Shown here piece by piece: positions 27,624-43,189 of a DNA stretch of 64,000 bases; the stretch's first letter is position 1, and every line of letters begins with the position of its first letter. The DNA comes from the human T2T-CHM13v2.0 reference genome, Homo sapiens. The notes below the pieces were generated by a model, which had not been told where the DNA came from, did no database searches, and worked only from the letters and a program-made list of their open reading frames with translations. Location: NCBI RefSeq assembly GCF_009914755.1, contig NC_060927.1. One strand, written 5' to 3'. The translations under genes were made by a program, and so were the position numbers.

Positions 27624-28020
27624 TGTCAGGCCTCTGAGCCCAAGCCAAGCCATCGCAACCCCTGTGACTTGCATGTATATGCCCAGATGGCCTGAAGTAA
27701 CTGAAGAATCACAAAAGAAGTGAATATGCCCTGCCCCACCTTAACTGATGATATTCCACCACAAAACAAGTGTAAATGGCCGGTCCTTGCCTTAAGTGAT
27801 GACATTACCTTGTGAAAGTCCTTTTCCTGGCTCATCCTGGCTCAAAAAGCTACCCCACTGAGCACCTTGTGACCCCCACTCCTGCCCACCAGAGAACAAA
27901 CCCCCTTTGACTGTAATTTTCCTTTACCTGCCCAAATCTTATAAAACGGCCCCACCCCTATCTCCCTTCGCTGACTCTTTTCGGACTCAGCCCACCTGCA
28001 CCCAGGTGAAATAAACAGCT
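27624..28020 (+). mobile_element. LTR7 (HERV-H 3' LTR) truncated just after its poly(A) signal; U5 and terminal CA missing
   Basis: Starts TGTCAGGCCTCTGAGCCCAAG; has a TATAAAA box; AATAAA at 28010-28015, then directly HSMAR2 sequence. Confidence 0.95.
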
Positions 28021-29172
28021 CCATCAAGTTCAAGACACTTTTGTAAGCAATGATAGCAGCCATTTAGTTCATCCCTAAAGAACTGAGGGCCTTGGGAATT
28101 TAGCAATGTTAGTGCAGTCTTTTCACATTATTAACTGAAGAAAAATGAGTGCCCTTTAAAGATTTTTTAAGATTAGGAAACAAAAAGAAGCCAGAAGGAG
28201 CCAAATCAGGACTGTAAGGTGGACGCCTAATGATTTTCTACTGAAACTCTTGCAAAATTGCCATTATTCAATAAGAGGAATGGGCAGAAGCATTTGTCAT
28301 GATGGAGGACTCTCTAGTGAAGCTTTCTCAGGTGTTTTTCTGCTAATGCTTTAGCTAACTCTCAAAACACTCTTATAATAAGCAGATGTTGTCATTTTTT
28401 GCCCTCCAGAAAGTCAACAAGCAAAATGCCCTGAGCATCACAAACTGTTGCCATGACCTTTGCTCTTGACCTGTCTCTCTTTGCTATGACCGGACCCCTT
28501 CCATCATTTGCTAGCCATTTCTTTGATTGTGCTTTGTCTTCAGGATTGTACTGGTAAAGCTATGTTTCATCTCTTGTTACAATTCCTTGAAGAAATGCTT
28601 CAGAATCTTGGTCTCACATGTTTAAAATTTCCATTGAAAACTCTGCTCTTGTCTGCGGCTGAGCTGGGCAAAACAGTGTTGGCACCCATTAAGTGGAAAG
28701 TTCGCTTAACTTTAATTTTTCGGTCAGAATTGTGTAAGCTGAACCAATGGATATGTTTATGGTGTCAGCTATTCTTTCTGCGATCAATAATTGGTCCTCT
28801 TCAATTAGGGCATGTACAAGATGAATTTTTCCCTTGCAAATTGTCTGCTGCTATGGCCTTCGTCTTCAACATCATTTTATTCTTTCTTAAATGAATTATC
28901 CATTTGTAAACTGCTGATTTCTTTAGGGCATTGTCCCCATAAACTTTTCATAAAGCTCCCATGATTTCATTATTTTTCTACTCAAGCTTCACCACAAATT
29001 TGATGTTTTCTCTTGCTTTAATTTTTTCTGAATTCATGTTGCTATGATAGGGGCTCTTTCCAAACTGATGTCTTATACTTCTTAGTGCCTCTTATATCTG
29101 ATTCTGAACTATTCTGTTCAGATATAAGAACTTAGTATGAGTTTATTTTGGTGCAAAAAAATTTGAAATTTA

Positions 29173-29437
29173 GGCTGGGCACGATGGCTTATGTCTGTAA
29201 TCTCAGCACTTTTGGAGGCCGAGGCAGGTGGATCACTTGAGGCCATTGCTACTAAAAATACAAAAAATTAGCTGAGTGCAGTGTCGTGTGCCTGTAGTCC
29301 CAGCTACTGGGTAGACTGAGGCACAAGAATACCTTGAACCCAGGAGGTGGAGCTTGCAGTGAGCCAAGTTCTCTTTGCTGCACTCCAGCCAGGGTGACAG
29401 AGAGAGACTCTGTCTCAAAAAAAAAAAAAAAAAAAAA
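29173..29437 (+). mobile_element. Alu with an internal deletion, inside HSMAR2
   Basis: left monomer shortened after cacttgaggcca. Confidence 0.9.
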
Positions 29438-29699
29438 TCTATGTATTGTTTTTTCATAATACACATTTTTTTCCATGAATTTATTGAAGGTTCCTTGTCT
29501 ATATGATAGGTTATGACTTTTTCTGTTGATAGGCATAGGTTGCTTCCAATTTTTCTATCACAAACAAGAGAGAGCATAAGCTCTCTCTAGTGAGGAACTG
29601 CCATGGCATAATACATAACAAGTGCTTAAAAAGCATTTGGGTTTGACTTGTTTGGCTTACTATGCACCTGGTACTGTCAAGACAAAGCAGCTCAATTTT

Positions 29700-30298
29700 A
29701 TTTTTTATTATTATACTTTAAGTTCTAGGGTACCTGTGCACAACGTGCAGGTTTGTTACATATGTACACATGTGCCATGTTGGTGTGCTGCACCCATTAA
29801 CTTGTCATTTACATTAGGTATATCTCCTAATGCTATCCCTCCCCGCTTCCCCCACCCCACTACAGGCCCTGGTGTGTGATGTTCCCCATCCTGTGTCCAA
29901 GTGTCCTCATTGTTCAGTTCCCACCTATGAGTGAGAACATGTGGTGTTTGGTTTTCTGTCCTTGCAATAGTTTGCTGAGAATGATGGTTTCCAGTTTCAT
30001 CCATGTCCCTACAAAGGACATGAACTCATCCTTTTTTATGGCTGCATAGTATTCCATAGTGTATATGTGCCACATTTTCTTAATCCAGTCTATCATTGTT
30101 GGACATTTGGGTTGGTTCCAAGTCTTTGCTATTGTGAATAGTGCCACAATAAACATACGTGTGCATGTGTCTTTATAGCAGCATGATTTATAATCCTTTG
30201 GGTATATATCCAGTAATGGGATGGCTGGGTCAAATGGTATTTCTAGTTCTAGATCCTTGAGGAATTGCCACACTGTCTTCCACAATGGTTGAACTAGG
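29700..30298 (-). mobile_element. 5'-truncated L1PA (approx. PA5) with 17-bp TSD
   Basis: TSD CAAAGCAGCTCAATTTT at 29683-29699 and 30299-30315; ORF2 C-terminal peptide. Confidence 0.97.
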
Positions 30299-30333
30299 CA
30301 AAGCAGCTCAATTTTATAAGAAAAGGAACTGAG

Positions 30334-30787
<454 letters not shown>

Positions 30788-31253
30788 CTATTTAACATTA
30801 GAACCATGATTCAAACATGGGGGTAATGGAAGATGGCTGAGCATGGGTTTTACAGGCCTGCCCTGGAGAGGGAGCACCGTGAAAAATAATCAAATAGCTG
30901 GCATTATTCTGCAGGCCTGAGAATGCTCAGTGGGGAAGCAAAACAATGATTTGGCTACCCGCCCATAGCTTCTGACAGCCAGGGGCACCTACATCGTAAT
31001 TCTTAGCAGAAAGGACCTATATTTCACAGAAGCATCAGCAGAGTAGCATAGTAATTAAACTGATTTTTTGTCTTCCGTTTTGACCTTAGAAAATAAAACA
31101 TCTGAGATTATAAGAGAGAAAGTGTGAGTATGAGGAGGAAACTGTCTATAGTTGATACAAGAAATAGAGTTCTATTATTTAAAGTGATCAAAACAGCCAG
31201 TAAAGGGAAAGGGAGGTGGAGGGTGAGTAAGTTAAATATTCATTTGTCAGCTA

Positions 31254-31751
<498 letters not shown>

Positions 31752-33055
31752 TCAGGTGATAATTAAATTATCACTTGAATAATTTTAAAATTAAAATAGA
31801 AGAACTACAAAATAGAGCAAGGACTACTGAAATATTTACAGATTTTCCAAGTGATATATGCATAATAGCCTCCCAGATGGGGTGGAAGCTGGTAGGTAGA
31901 GATTGTAAAATTTAGCCATGATACTTCAATTGCTGAAGTGGAGGGATGGGGGGGTCATTATTCTAGACTCTTTCTACCTTTATATATAGTTATACATAGT
32001 TGAAATTTCCCATAGTTAAAAGGATATTTTTTAAAACAAGCACAGTCTGTGAGGTCAGACAGGTGTGAGTTAAGTTCTAGCTGAGCCACTTAGCAATGTG
32101 GGCAAGTTACTTAAACTCTCTGAGACTGAGTTTCCTCATCACATAATGGAAGTAACTGCTGTTCACCCACTTAGTGTGACCACTTACTTCAGATGTAGGG
32201 ATGAAATGAGATTATGCCTGTGAAGGGCTGACTGTGGCATAAGTGTAGTAAGTGCTTTAAAAAATATTTTGGTTTGGTCTGTTTTGTTGCTTCTATGCGG
32301 GGTTTTTATAAAGAAGGTTTGGCTGTAAAATGTGAATTCTGCTTCTCAGGCATCTTATATTTGTTCTGTACCTCTATTTTCTGCCTTATGTGTTTGCTGT
32401 TGTTTAGTGTTATATTTCTCTCCTCAGCTAGCTTGCTTAGTCTATTCTGTTAACAAACATTTATTGAGCACCTATGTGCCAGGCACTGAACTGGGTGCTA
32501 AGGAAGCAGAGATGAGAGACTGTCCCTGATCCAAGGTCACACAAATCAGTGATGGAGAAAGGCAGGAAAAGATCAGAATAACATGCAGCATAAAAACTGC
32601 AGAGATTGATATACCACAGTGAGTATGGGGAGTACTGAGGATACCTAGCACAGCCTGAGCCAGGGTTTGAAGGATGGATAGGAGTTCACCAGACAAAGGA
32701 AAGTAGGAGGCAGTCTGCCATGACATGCCGAGGTAGCAGCAGGAGTCAAGGTCTAGAAGCTAGAAAGGCCTGAGTCTGTTCAGAAAAGTAACTCAGTTCA
32801 TGGTTGGGGAGTGAGGGAAAAATAAAACTAGACTGAAGAGCAAGGTCCAAATTGTGCCCCAGGCTACAGACTTCATAGGACAAGGGGACATGGGAAGGTT
32901 CATTCCGGAGCACAGCTTCAAATAAAACATGAGTTCAAAACATGAGTTCCAATCTGCATCTGAGTAAGTTCATTCCAGTAGAAAGGGAGAGGGTGAGAGG
33001 TTAGAAAGCAGAGACAGACAGAGAGAGAGAGAGAGAAAGCAATGTCACAGAGGGA

Positions 33056-33420
33056 GTATAAGTCCATTTTCCTACTGCTATGAAGAAATACCTGAGACTG
33101 GGTAATTCATAAAGAAAAAAGGTTTAATGAACCCACAGTTCCCCACGGCTGGGGAGGCCTCACAATCATGGCAGAAGGCAAAGGAGGAGCAAAGGCACAT
33201 CTTACATGGTGGCAGGCAAGAGACCATGTGCAGGGGAACTTCCCTTTATAAAGCCATCAGATTGTGTGAGACTTACTATCTTACTATCATGAGAATAGCA
33301 CGGGAAAACCTACCCCCATGATTCAATTATCTCCCACCAGGTCCCTCCCACAACACGTGGGGATTATGGGAGCTACAATTCAAGATGAGATTTGGGTGGG
33401 GATACAACCAACCATATCAG
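33056..33420 (-). mobile_element. THE1-type MaLR solo LTR
   Basis: gagactgggtaatt..ggctggggaggcctcacaatcatggcagaagg..aaccatatca. Confidence 0.9.
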
Positions 33421-34102
33421 CAGGAGATGCTGGCTGTCTAAATAGATCCCCGTCAGAATCACTGTATCTGGATGTGCCTGGGGCTCAAAATTTGATTTTG
33501 TTGGGGCATCTGGAGAAAATTAAGCCCTAAAGGGCTGTCTCACAACAAACTCATCTGACATAAACAACCAGGACTGTGTTATAAATGGTAGGGTTTAAAC
33601 CCTATATATGGTAGGGGTTAAACCTCTTTAGTGACCAGCACTGATGCCTACTATCCAAAGCAAGCCCTCGTATTTCTGAGGTTGCTGGAGGTGGAAGTCT
33701 AGGTGGGCCCAGAATCAGAACTTGGGGGGACAGAGAGGCTTCCAGGGAAAGAGGAGCCTAAAACACTTTGTCCTCAGCATGACAGACTTCTAGGGGCCAA
33801 GGTGATCCTGTTTGCCCAACAATGGCAAATAAACCCCGGCCAGCAGTTCTAGCTTCTCACTGCATGCTCATCTGGCCCCTCTACAATGACGTTCCTTCCC
33901 AGCCACAGCATAGTCTGATGAAGTCAGGGTTTATTTACAGTACAGGCTCAGAAGTGTATTGTGGCTTCCAGAGTGAAATCCAACCTTAGCCCTCAGATGT
34001 CTCTCATTCTCCTTGGACACCCAGTGGCTGTGACTGTGCTTGTGAGTGAACTGTCTCAAGAGATGGCTAGACTTCTCCATTACTTGAAGACATTTCCCCT
34101 AA

Positions 34103-34440
<338 letters not shown>

Positions 34441-34739
34441 TCAGATGCAATCTTAACTCACTGTGCTTGGGCTTCTTAGTTTTTGTCCCCAGGTAACAAC
34501 TATCAGGTTAAACCAGAAAAGAGATGATTAGGACTTGAACCAAGCTGGATAATGGAGTGGGAATGGATTTGGGCACATCTACTTGGGGAATTGTTGGTTT
34601 TTGACTTGGGGGATGAGGAAGAGAGAGATGTTTAAGGTGATTCTCAGGTTGGAGCTAGGTAAGAACCTGGCTGTTCCCTGAGGGTAGGCACTGGGTCTTC
34701 CCTGCTTGGGTTCTCCATAAAGAGGTAGCACTACTGCTG

Positions 34740-36720
<1,981 letters not shown>

Positions 36721-38609
36721 AATTATTTCTCATTCCTTTATTGCTAGAAGCAAGTTATGCTGAACATCCATCCTAAACTTGAAAGTCAAATAAATGTGGG
36801 AAGGGTTTCCAAGGGAATCTTGCATCTTGCCACTGCACCAGCTGAGTTTAATTTCCCAGGAGCTCAGTCTTACCCACCTCCTCCCCACACCTGCAGCTCT
36901 AGCTGCCAGAATGCCAATATCTTTACTCCAAACAAACCATTCATTGTACCCTTGGGCCCAAATGATAACCTTTTTTAAAACGCTGCTTGTATTTGCCTTT
37001 CCTTTAACACAATGATGGTCAAATCTCTCATCCACCACCACCAGCTCATTTATTTTAATAACTACATCCGCAGTGAAAACAGGAGTAGTATTATAGAAAG
37101 AGATAAAGTCCTCACCATCATGGTACAAATGACTAGGACTTTTCAGATGACTATGGACAGGAAAAACAAAGGAAAAAAATATATATGTATATATATACAT
37201 ATATATATATCAAGCCACTAGATGGAAGTCTTCATTCAACTGCCTGTGCACTTCAGAAAAGTAAAGCAGGATCAGTGCCAGACTGCACAAACCCATCAAA
37301 TTCATTCGACATTCATTGAACAACTGCTTTGTACAAAGACAAATAACAATGATGATAATGGCTACCGTTCATGCAATATTTACTCTGTGCCAGGCAATCT
37401 GCTGAGTCACACATACGCTGAGTCTCACACACCTTGGCTCATTTAATTCTCCCAGGAGGAAGGGAGTATTATTATCTTCATTTTATGGGGGAGGAAACCA
37501 AATCTTAGAATTACTTACTCTAAGCAACTGACCCATGCTTGTGAATGGAGGAGCCAGTTTCCAGAATAAGAAAACACTGTCGTTGTCTACAAAGTATTTA
37601 TACTAAATGTGGTAAGAGAGGGATAATGTGCCACAGGGGTGGGCTGTGACTCAGATGCAGGAACCAGCCAATGAGGGAGGAAGAGAATCAGCAAAGGCCC
37701 CACCATGCTCTCTACAGCTCAGGATGAAACGGAGCGGTCACCCCTAATTGTTTTCCCTCACTCTCCCCATAACTACTGCACCACAAAGAACCGACTGTTC
37801 TATCCCCCAAATGCATCTTAAACTAGTCCACATTTTTCCACCTACCCTATGATCACATCGTTCGTCCAGGCCACCATCATTAATAAAATGGGCTCCCTGG
37901 ACCACCGCAAGAGCCTCCCGACTGGTTCTTTGGCATCTTCTCCTGCCTCCTCCAATCCTCTCTTCCCACAGTAGTCAGAGGGTCCACTTAGTGCACAGAT
38001 CACCTCTGTAACCTGCTCAAGCCCTTTCAAAGGCTTCCCAGTAAATCTCAACTCCTTTCCATTGTGCCCAAGGCCTTCCCTCTATGGTCTGGTCTTGTCT
38101 ACCTTTTTAACCTCATCTCCTACAGTAGCGGCTGGTTTCTCAACAAACAGGACAGAGCCTGGCATAAACAGTAATTATGTGCTGAAGAAATTAAGGCAAG
38201 AATGAATGAGTGAATAAATAGAAAAGTTTCATGGGGAAGCCGTGTTTGAAATGAGCATTATACTGGAGCAGGCTTTCTCAGACTGAGGGCTGGGAGTGGG
38301 GAGGTAGTGAAACAAGTTGCTCTCAATGGAGGCAGCAGGTGCAAAGGCACAGAGGGATTCCAGGTGCAGCAGGGAGGCAGCTAGAGCAGGCCTGGGGGCA
38401 GGGCCATGTGAAACCGGGGTTCTCAAGGTTGAGTATGCATCATAAGCCCCTGGAAAGCTTGCTGAGACACAAATTGTTGGGACCCACCTGCAGAGATTCT
38501 GATAGGTCCATCTGAAACAGGAGCTGAAAAGTGCATTTCTCACAAGTTCCCAGGTGATGCTGCTGCCACTGGTCCAGGGCCCACACTTTGAGAACCACTA
38601 GTGCAAAGT

Positions 38610-38937
38610 ACAGTCAGTCCTTCACATCCATGGGTTCCACATCCATGGATTCAACCAACTGTAGATCAAAATATTTTTTAAAAAATAGATGATTGCGTTT
38701 ATACTGAACATGTGGGCTTTTTTCTTGTCATTATTTTCTAAATAACACAATAAATAACAACTATGTACATAGCATTTCCATTGTATTGGGTATCATAAGT
38801 AATCTTGAGATGATTTAAAGTATATGGAAGGATGTGTGTGTAGGTTATATGCAAATACTACATCATTTTATATAAGAGACTTGAGCATCCGTGGGGGACT
38901 GGAACCAAGACCCCATAGATACCAAAGGACAACTGTA
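38610..38937. mobile_element. Tigger4/MER46-like DNA transposon; MER5A adjacent at about 38415-38600
   Basis: ta-cagtcagtccttcacatcc ... gataccaaaggacaactg-ta inverted ends. Confidence 0.75.
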
Positions 38938-39221
38938 CATAGGTTTTCTATAAGCTTTAATTTTGGAGGGTAGGAATTGTTACCTTAAAAGAAGGATATA
39001 AATCACTATTTTAAGCCAATATTAGTCCTTTGATACTTAAATGTGAATGAGTTGCAAGTTCTTTATCAACCAGAAGGAGAACTCCAGGCACCAGAGGTGA
39101 GAGACAGGAGTGATTAAGAACTGGGAAAGGGAGACACCCTAGTCTGCCTGCTCCCCAGTGTGCCCCAGGCCAAGCTGGAACAGAAATGATTAGCTTTGCT
39201 AGTGGGGAATTCAATGAAAAT

Positions 39222-39520
39222 GGCAGGGTTTGGTGGCTTACACCTGTAACCCCAGGACTCTGGGAGGCCAAGATGGGTGGATAATTTGAGGTCAGGAGTT
39301 CGAGACCAGCCTGGCCAACATGGTGAAACCCCATCTCTATTAAAAATACAAAAATTAGCTGGGCGCAGTGGCACATGCCTGTAATCCCAGCTACTCAGGA
39401 GGCTGAGGCACGAGAATATCTTGAATCTGGGAGGCAGAGGTTGCAGTGAGCAGATATTGTGCCACTGCACTCCAGCCTGGGCAACAAAGCAAGACTCTGT
39501 CTCAAAGAAAAAACAAAAAA
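39222..39520 (+). mobile_element. Alu (AluS)
   Basis: dimeric Alu. Confidence 0.93.
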
Positions 39521-39650
39521 AGTAATTCAATGAAATGAAACAAAATAAGACAGCCACACTGGAGCAAGGGGAAAGCAGTTATTTTCTTCTCCCATAGCTG
39601 GGATTTGGCTCCACCCTGCAGGCTCCCCCTATCAGAGCCTTCAGCTCACC

Positions 39651-39655
<5 letters not shown>

Positions 39656-39727
<72 letters not shown>
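39656..39727. repeat. (TA)36 perfect microsatellite
   Basis: read directly. Confidence 0.97.
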
Positions 39728-39730
<3 letters not shown>

Positions 39731-40403
39731 GAGTTTCTTGGGTTGAAGGGAGGACACCCCTCATTCCCTACCTGTGGGAGATCCTGAGAGGCTTGGGGAT
39801 TCAAGTTTGAAAAACCACTCCTCAAGGCTCCATGAAACCCCTAAACTATATCCACAATGTTTATGTTCACGTGTATGTTTTGGGGGAGACGAAACTCTAG
39901 AGCCACGCTGCCCAATACGGTAGCCACGGGTGGCCACCATGCTGGACAGTGCAGACAGAGCATTTCCACCGTCACAGGAAGCTCTCTCAGCACTCATCTA
40001 GAGCTTTCACCAGCCTTCCAAAGGCATCCATGACCAGAAATTTTAAGAGCTGCTAGGCAAAGCCAGTGAAACTTCATCTAAGGAGCCGGACTCTGCCCTG
40101 GAGAGATGAAAGCTTGTCACTGTGACAGAGGCTATGAACAAGTCTGCCTTTGAATAGTCTTTTTGTGCCAAAAATCCCACTCTAAAAACTCTTAGAAGAT
40201 ATCCAGATTTTATGCCTTATTATTTATATCCCCCCACCCTGACCATTGTCCAAAGAGAGGGACATCTTAATTCCACAAATATTTGCTGTAAGAAAGGTTC
40301 TCTGAGGTCCCCCAGAGCCTCTGTGCCTAACACAAGTCATGGTGGTAAGTGATCTTGACGCTCCCAGTGACCTTGTCTCCTTTGGTGTGTGTGATCGCTC
40401 TAG

Positions 40404-40486
40404 GTGGGTGAGGCAGTCTTGGAAAATGCCCGGCTCATGCTGCAGACAGAAACTATCCAGGCCGGAGCAGATGACTTTAAAGAGAG
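40404..40486 (+). CDS. BFSP2: BFSP2 coding exon 2 (VGEAVLENARLMLQTETIQAGADDFKE+AG)
   Basis: ctctag| acceptor and |gtaatg donor; 83 nt; peptide matches recalled human phakinin; ADDFK is a type I intermediate-filament coil 1B motif. Confidence 0.96.
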
Positions 40487-40699
40487 GTAATGTCTTACAG
40501 CAGAGGCGACAGTCCCTCCACATCCCTAGACTCCTAGGCAAGTGTGGATAATGCTGTTCTGGAGCCTGCATCATCCACCTTCTACCTCAGGGGAAGCTGG
40601 CAGGATAACAGAGCCATGATTATCCAGCTCACACCCCTCCTTGTAGACATAAAGTAGGCCCCAAGGGCTCAAAGATTTTGCCCACTGTCAGTTGGTTTA

Positions 40700-41070
40700 G
40701 AGCAGGGTTCTCAAACTCTGGAATGCTCAGAATCACCCAGGGGCCATATAGAAAACAGAGATTGCTGCGCCCCACCCTGTTGAATTTCTGACTCAATGGG
40801 TCTGGAGAAGGGCCCCAAATTTATATGCCTAACAAGTTCCCAGGGATGCTGATCCTGCTGGTCCTGGGACTCAAATACTTTGAGAACTACTAGCTTACAG
40901 TAATGATTCTCCAACCTGGGCATATCAGAATTACCTGGGCACTTAAAAATGTCAGTGCAGTGCACAAGCCATAGACTAATTAAATCAGAGTCCCCAGGGG
41001 TTGGGTCCAGGCTTCAGCAGTTTTAGAGCTCACCAGGTGACTTAATGTGCATCCAGGCTTGAGAACCGTG
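40700..41070. mobile_element. Two adjacent MER5-type (hAT-Charlie) elements
   Basis: cagggttctcaaact..tttgagaactacta and cagtaatgattctc..ttgagaaccgtg. Confidence 0.75.
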
Positions 41071-41575
41071 CTCAGCTACACCTCCCACTCAGTCCCTGAA
41101 GGCATCTGGGTTTGCAGCCACTCTCCTGGAGATGGACACTTTTAACATGGGTGCTTTGGAGACAGAAACCACATTTCTTATTTTGGGGTCCCCACCCTGG
41201 TGCTTAGCAGGTTGTCAGTAATGTTTGTTAAAGGATCCTTGGTTGAAAAGGAGGACAATCAGGATAGCGATGAAGATGCCGGATCCCCTAACCTGGATCT
41301 GAACTCCTGAGTTTTCCCTGGAGTTCTGTGTTGCAACACTCCCATGAGGCTGGTAGCCCGGGAAGCCAGGTTATCAGAAGTTGGCTGCAATTGCCTTCAT
41401 TTTAATAAATCAATGTGTGACAACTGCACTAACAGTGCCCTCAAATCTATTGAAACAGTGACTTTTACCATTCATTGTCTAACTATCACATAATTGGCCT
41501 GTTGGTAACATTTATAATCTGATTCTTTTTCTTTTGGGCTACTCAGTTATGCTAATTAAGTTCCTTTATCTGCAG

Positions 41576-41732
41576 ATATGAAAATGAGCAGCCATTTCGA
41601 AAGGCAGCAGAAGAGGAAATTAACTCTCTGTATAAAGTCATTGATGAGGCTAATTTGACTAAAATGGACCTGGAGAGTCAAATAGAAAGTCTGAAAGAAG
41701 AACTTGGCTCTCTATCAAGAAACTATGAAGAG
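41576..41732 (+). CDS. BFSP2: BFSP2 coding exon 3 ([52 protein letters not shown])
   Basis: tgcag| acceptor and |gtagga donor; 157 nt; phase joins exon 2 (AG+A = Arg). Confidence 0.97.
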
Positions 41733-42519
41733 GTAGGAGGGGGCTGGGGTTGCTGGGTTGGCCACAAGACCAGAAGTTCACATCTGTCTGCCTGTGCTTC
41801 ATAACAAGGCCACAGTAGCTCATTTCTGACTCTCCACATTGCGTGCCCAGGACTGCAGGGAACATACCTGTAAAATACTTTCAGATCCTTGAAGTGGGTC
41901 AGGTTACCCCAGCAGTCTCAAACTCAAATAGCTTCAGGAACCAGTGTGGTACAGAAACAGGGGAAGGCAGCCAGTCTTGGCACTAGCAAATGAGGGAACT
42001 TGTGTTAAATTAGAGGGAGCAACCCCTCCTCAATGCATTCTATGTCAGGTTTTTTTTTCAACACTGTATTATACAAACAAAACAACTCTGAGGGTAGATC
42101 CAAGCTGTGGTTGACATCTACTCATTAACAAAACTGGGTCAGATTATTGAGTGACAGAACTGAAGAGGACCTCCAACAGTTATGGGGTCTAGTTCCCTGC
42201 GAGACTTCAGCAATTCTAAACCACCTCACACATATTACTGTCTGATCCAAGATTTAGGCTGCTTCAAGTTGAAAGAGTCAAAACCCACTTAACGATGCTC
42301 ACATTGGGAAGTTCTTTCTTGAGACCAACTTAAGCTAACCAGCAACTGTAAGCCCATTTCTTCTTGTTCTTAGCTCAGTGATTTAAGACTACTCTCCAAC
42401 AGTAACCATTTAGAGATGCCAAAGTTATCTTTTAAGTCTCTTTCATCCTTGTCTGGCTTTATGCATAAATTCCCTGTGCTGTTGTTGCTTACTTTGTTTT
42501 TGTTTTTGTTTTTGTTTTA

Positions 42520-42582
42520 TTTTACTTTAAGTTTTAGGGTACATGTGCACAATGTGCAGGTTAGTTACATATGTATACATGT
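42520..42582 (-). mobile_element. Very short (~60 nt) L1PA 3' end
   Basis: tactttaagttttagggtacatgtgcacaatgtgcaggttagttacatatgtatacatgtg. Confidence 0.9.
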
Positions 42583-42675
42583 GGTTTTTTGTTTGTTTGT
42601 TTGTTTGTTTGTTTTATTTTGATTTCTGCTTTGGGCCTGGGCTTGTGGAGACCAACCTAAGAAATGCATCCTTGG

Positions 42676-43189
42676 TGCTAGGCATGGTGGTTCAAGCCTG
42701 TAATCCCAGCACTTTGAGAGGCCAAGGCAGGGGATCACTTGAGCCCAGGAGTTCAAGACCAGCCTGGGCAACATGGTGAAACCCTGTCTCCACTAAAAAT
42801 ACAAAAATTAGCTGGGCATGGTGGTGTGTGCCGTGCCTGTGCCTGTAGTCTCAGCTACTCAGGAGACTGAGGTGGGAGGACTGTTTGAGCCCAAGAGATG
42901 GAGGCTGCAATGAGCTGAGATCATGTCACTGCACTCCAGCCTGGGTGACAGAGTGAGACCCTGTCAAAAAAAAGAAGGAAGGAAGGAAGGAGAGAGAGAG
43001 AGGAAGACAGACGGAAAGAAAGAGAGAAAGAGAGAGAGAAAGAGAAAGAAGGAAAGAAGGAAAGGAAGGAAGGAAGGAAGGAAGGAAGGAAGGAAGGAAG
43101 GAAGGAGGGAGGGAGGGGGAGGGAAGGAGGGAGGAAGAAAGAAAGAGAGAGAAGGAAAGGAAGGAAGGAAGGAAGGGAGGGAGAGAGGG
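42676..43189 (+). mobile_element. AluJ with expanded (GGAA/GA)n tail
   Basis: TSD AGAAATGCATCCTTGG at 42660-42675 and 43190-43205. Confidence 0.93.

Larger units (their letters stand above)
22787..29497 (-). mobile_element. HSMAR2 mariner transposon in three pieces (22787-22852, 28021-29172, 29438-29497), split by the L1/HERV-H insert and an Alu
   Basis: Terminal inverted repeats tgaggggacttcaaaatgttcctggaaaa and ttttccatgaatttattgaaggttccttg; decayed transposase on - from ATG 29037 (MNSEKIKARENIKFVVKL..KVYGDNALKKSAVYKW) to ..QKCLELDGA at 28017. Confidence 0.9.
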
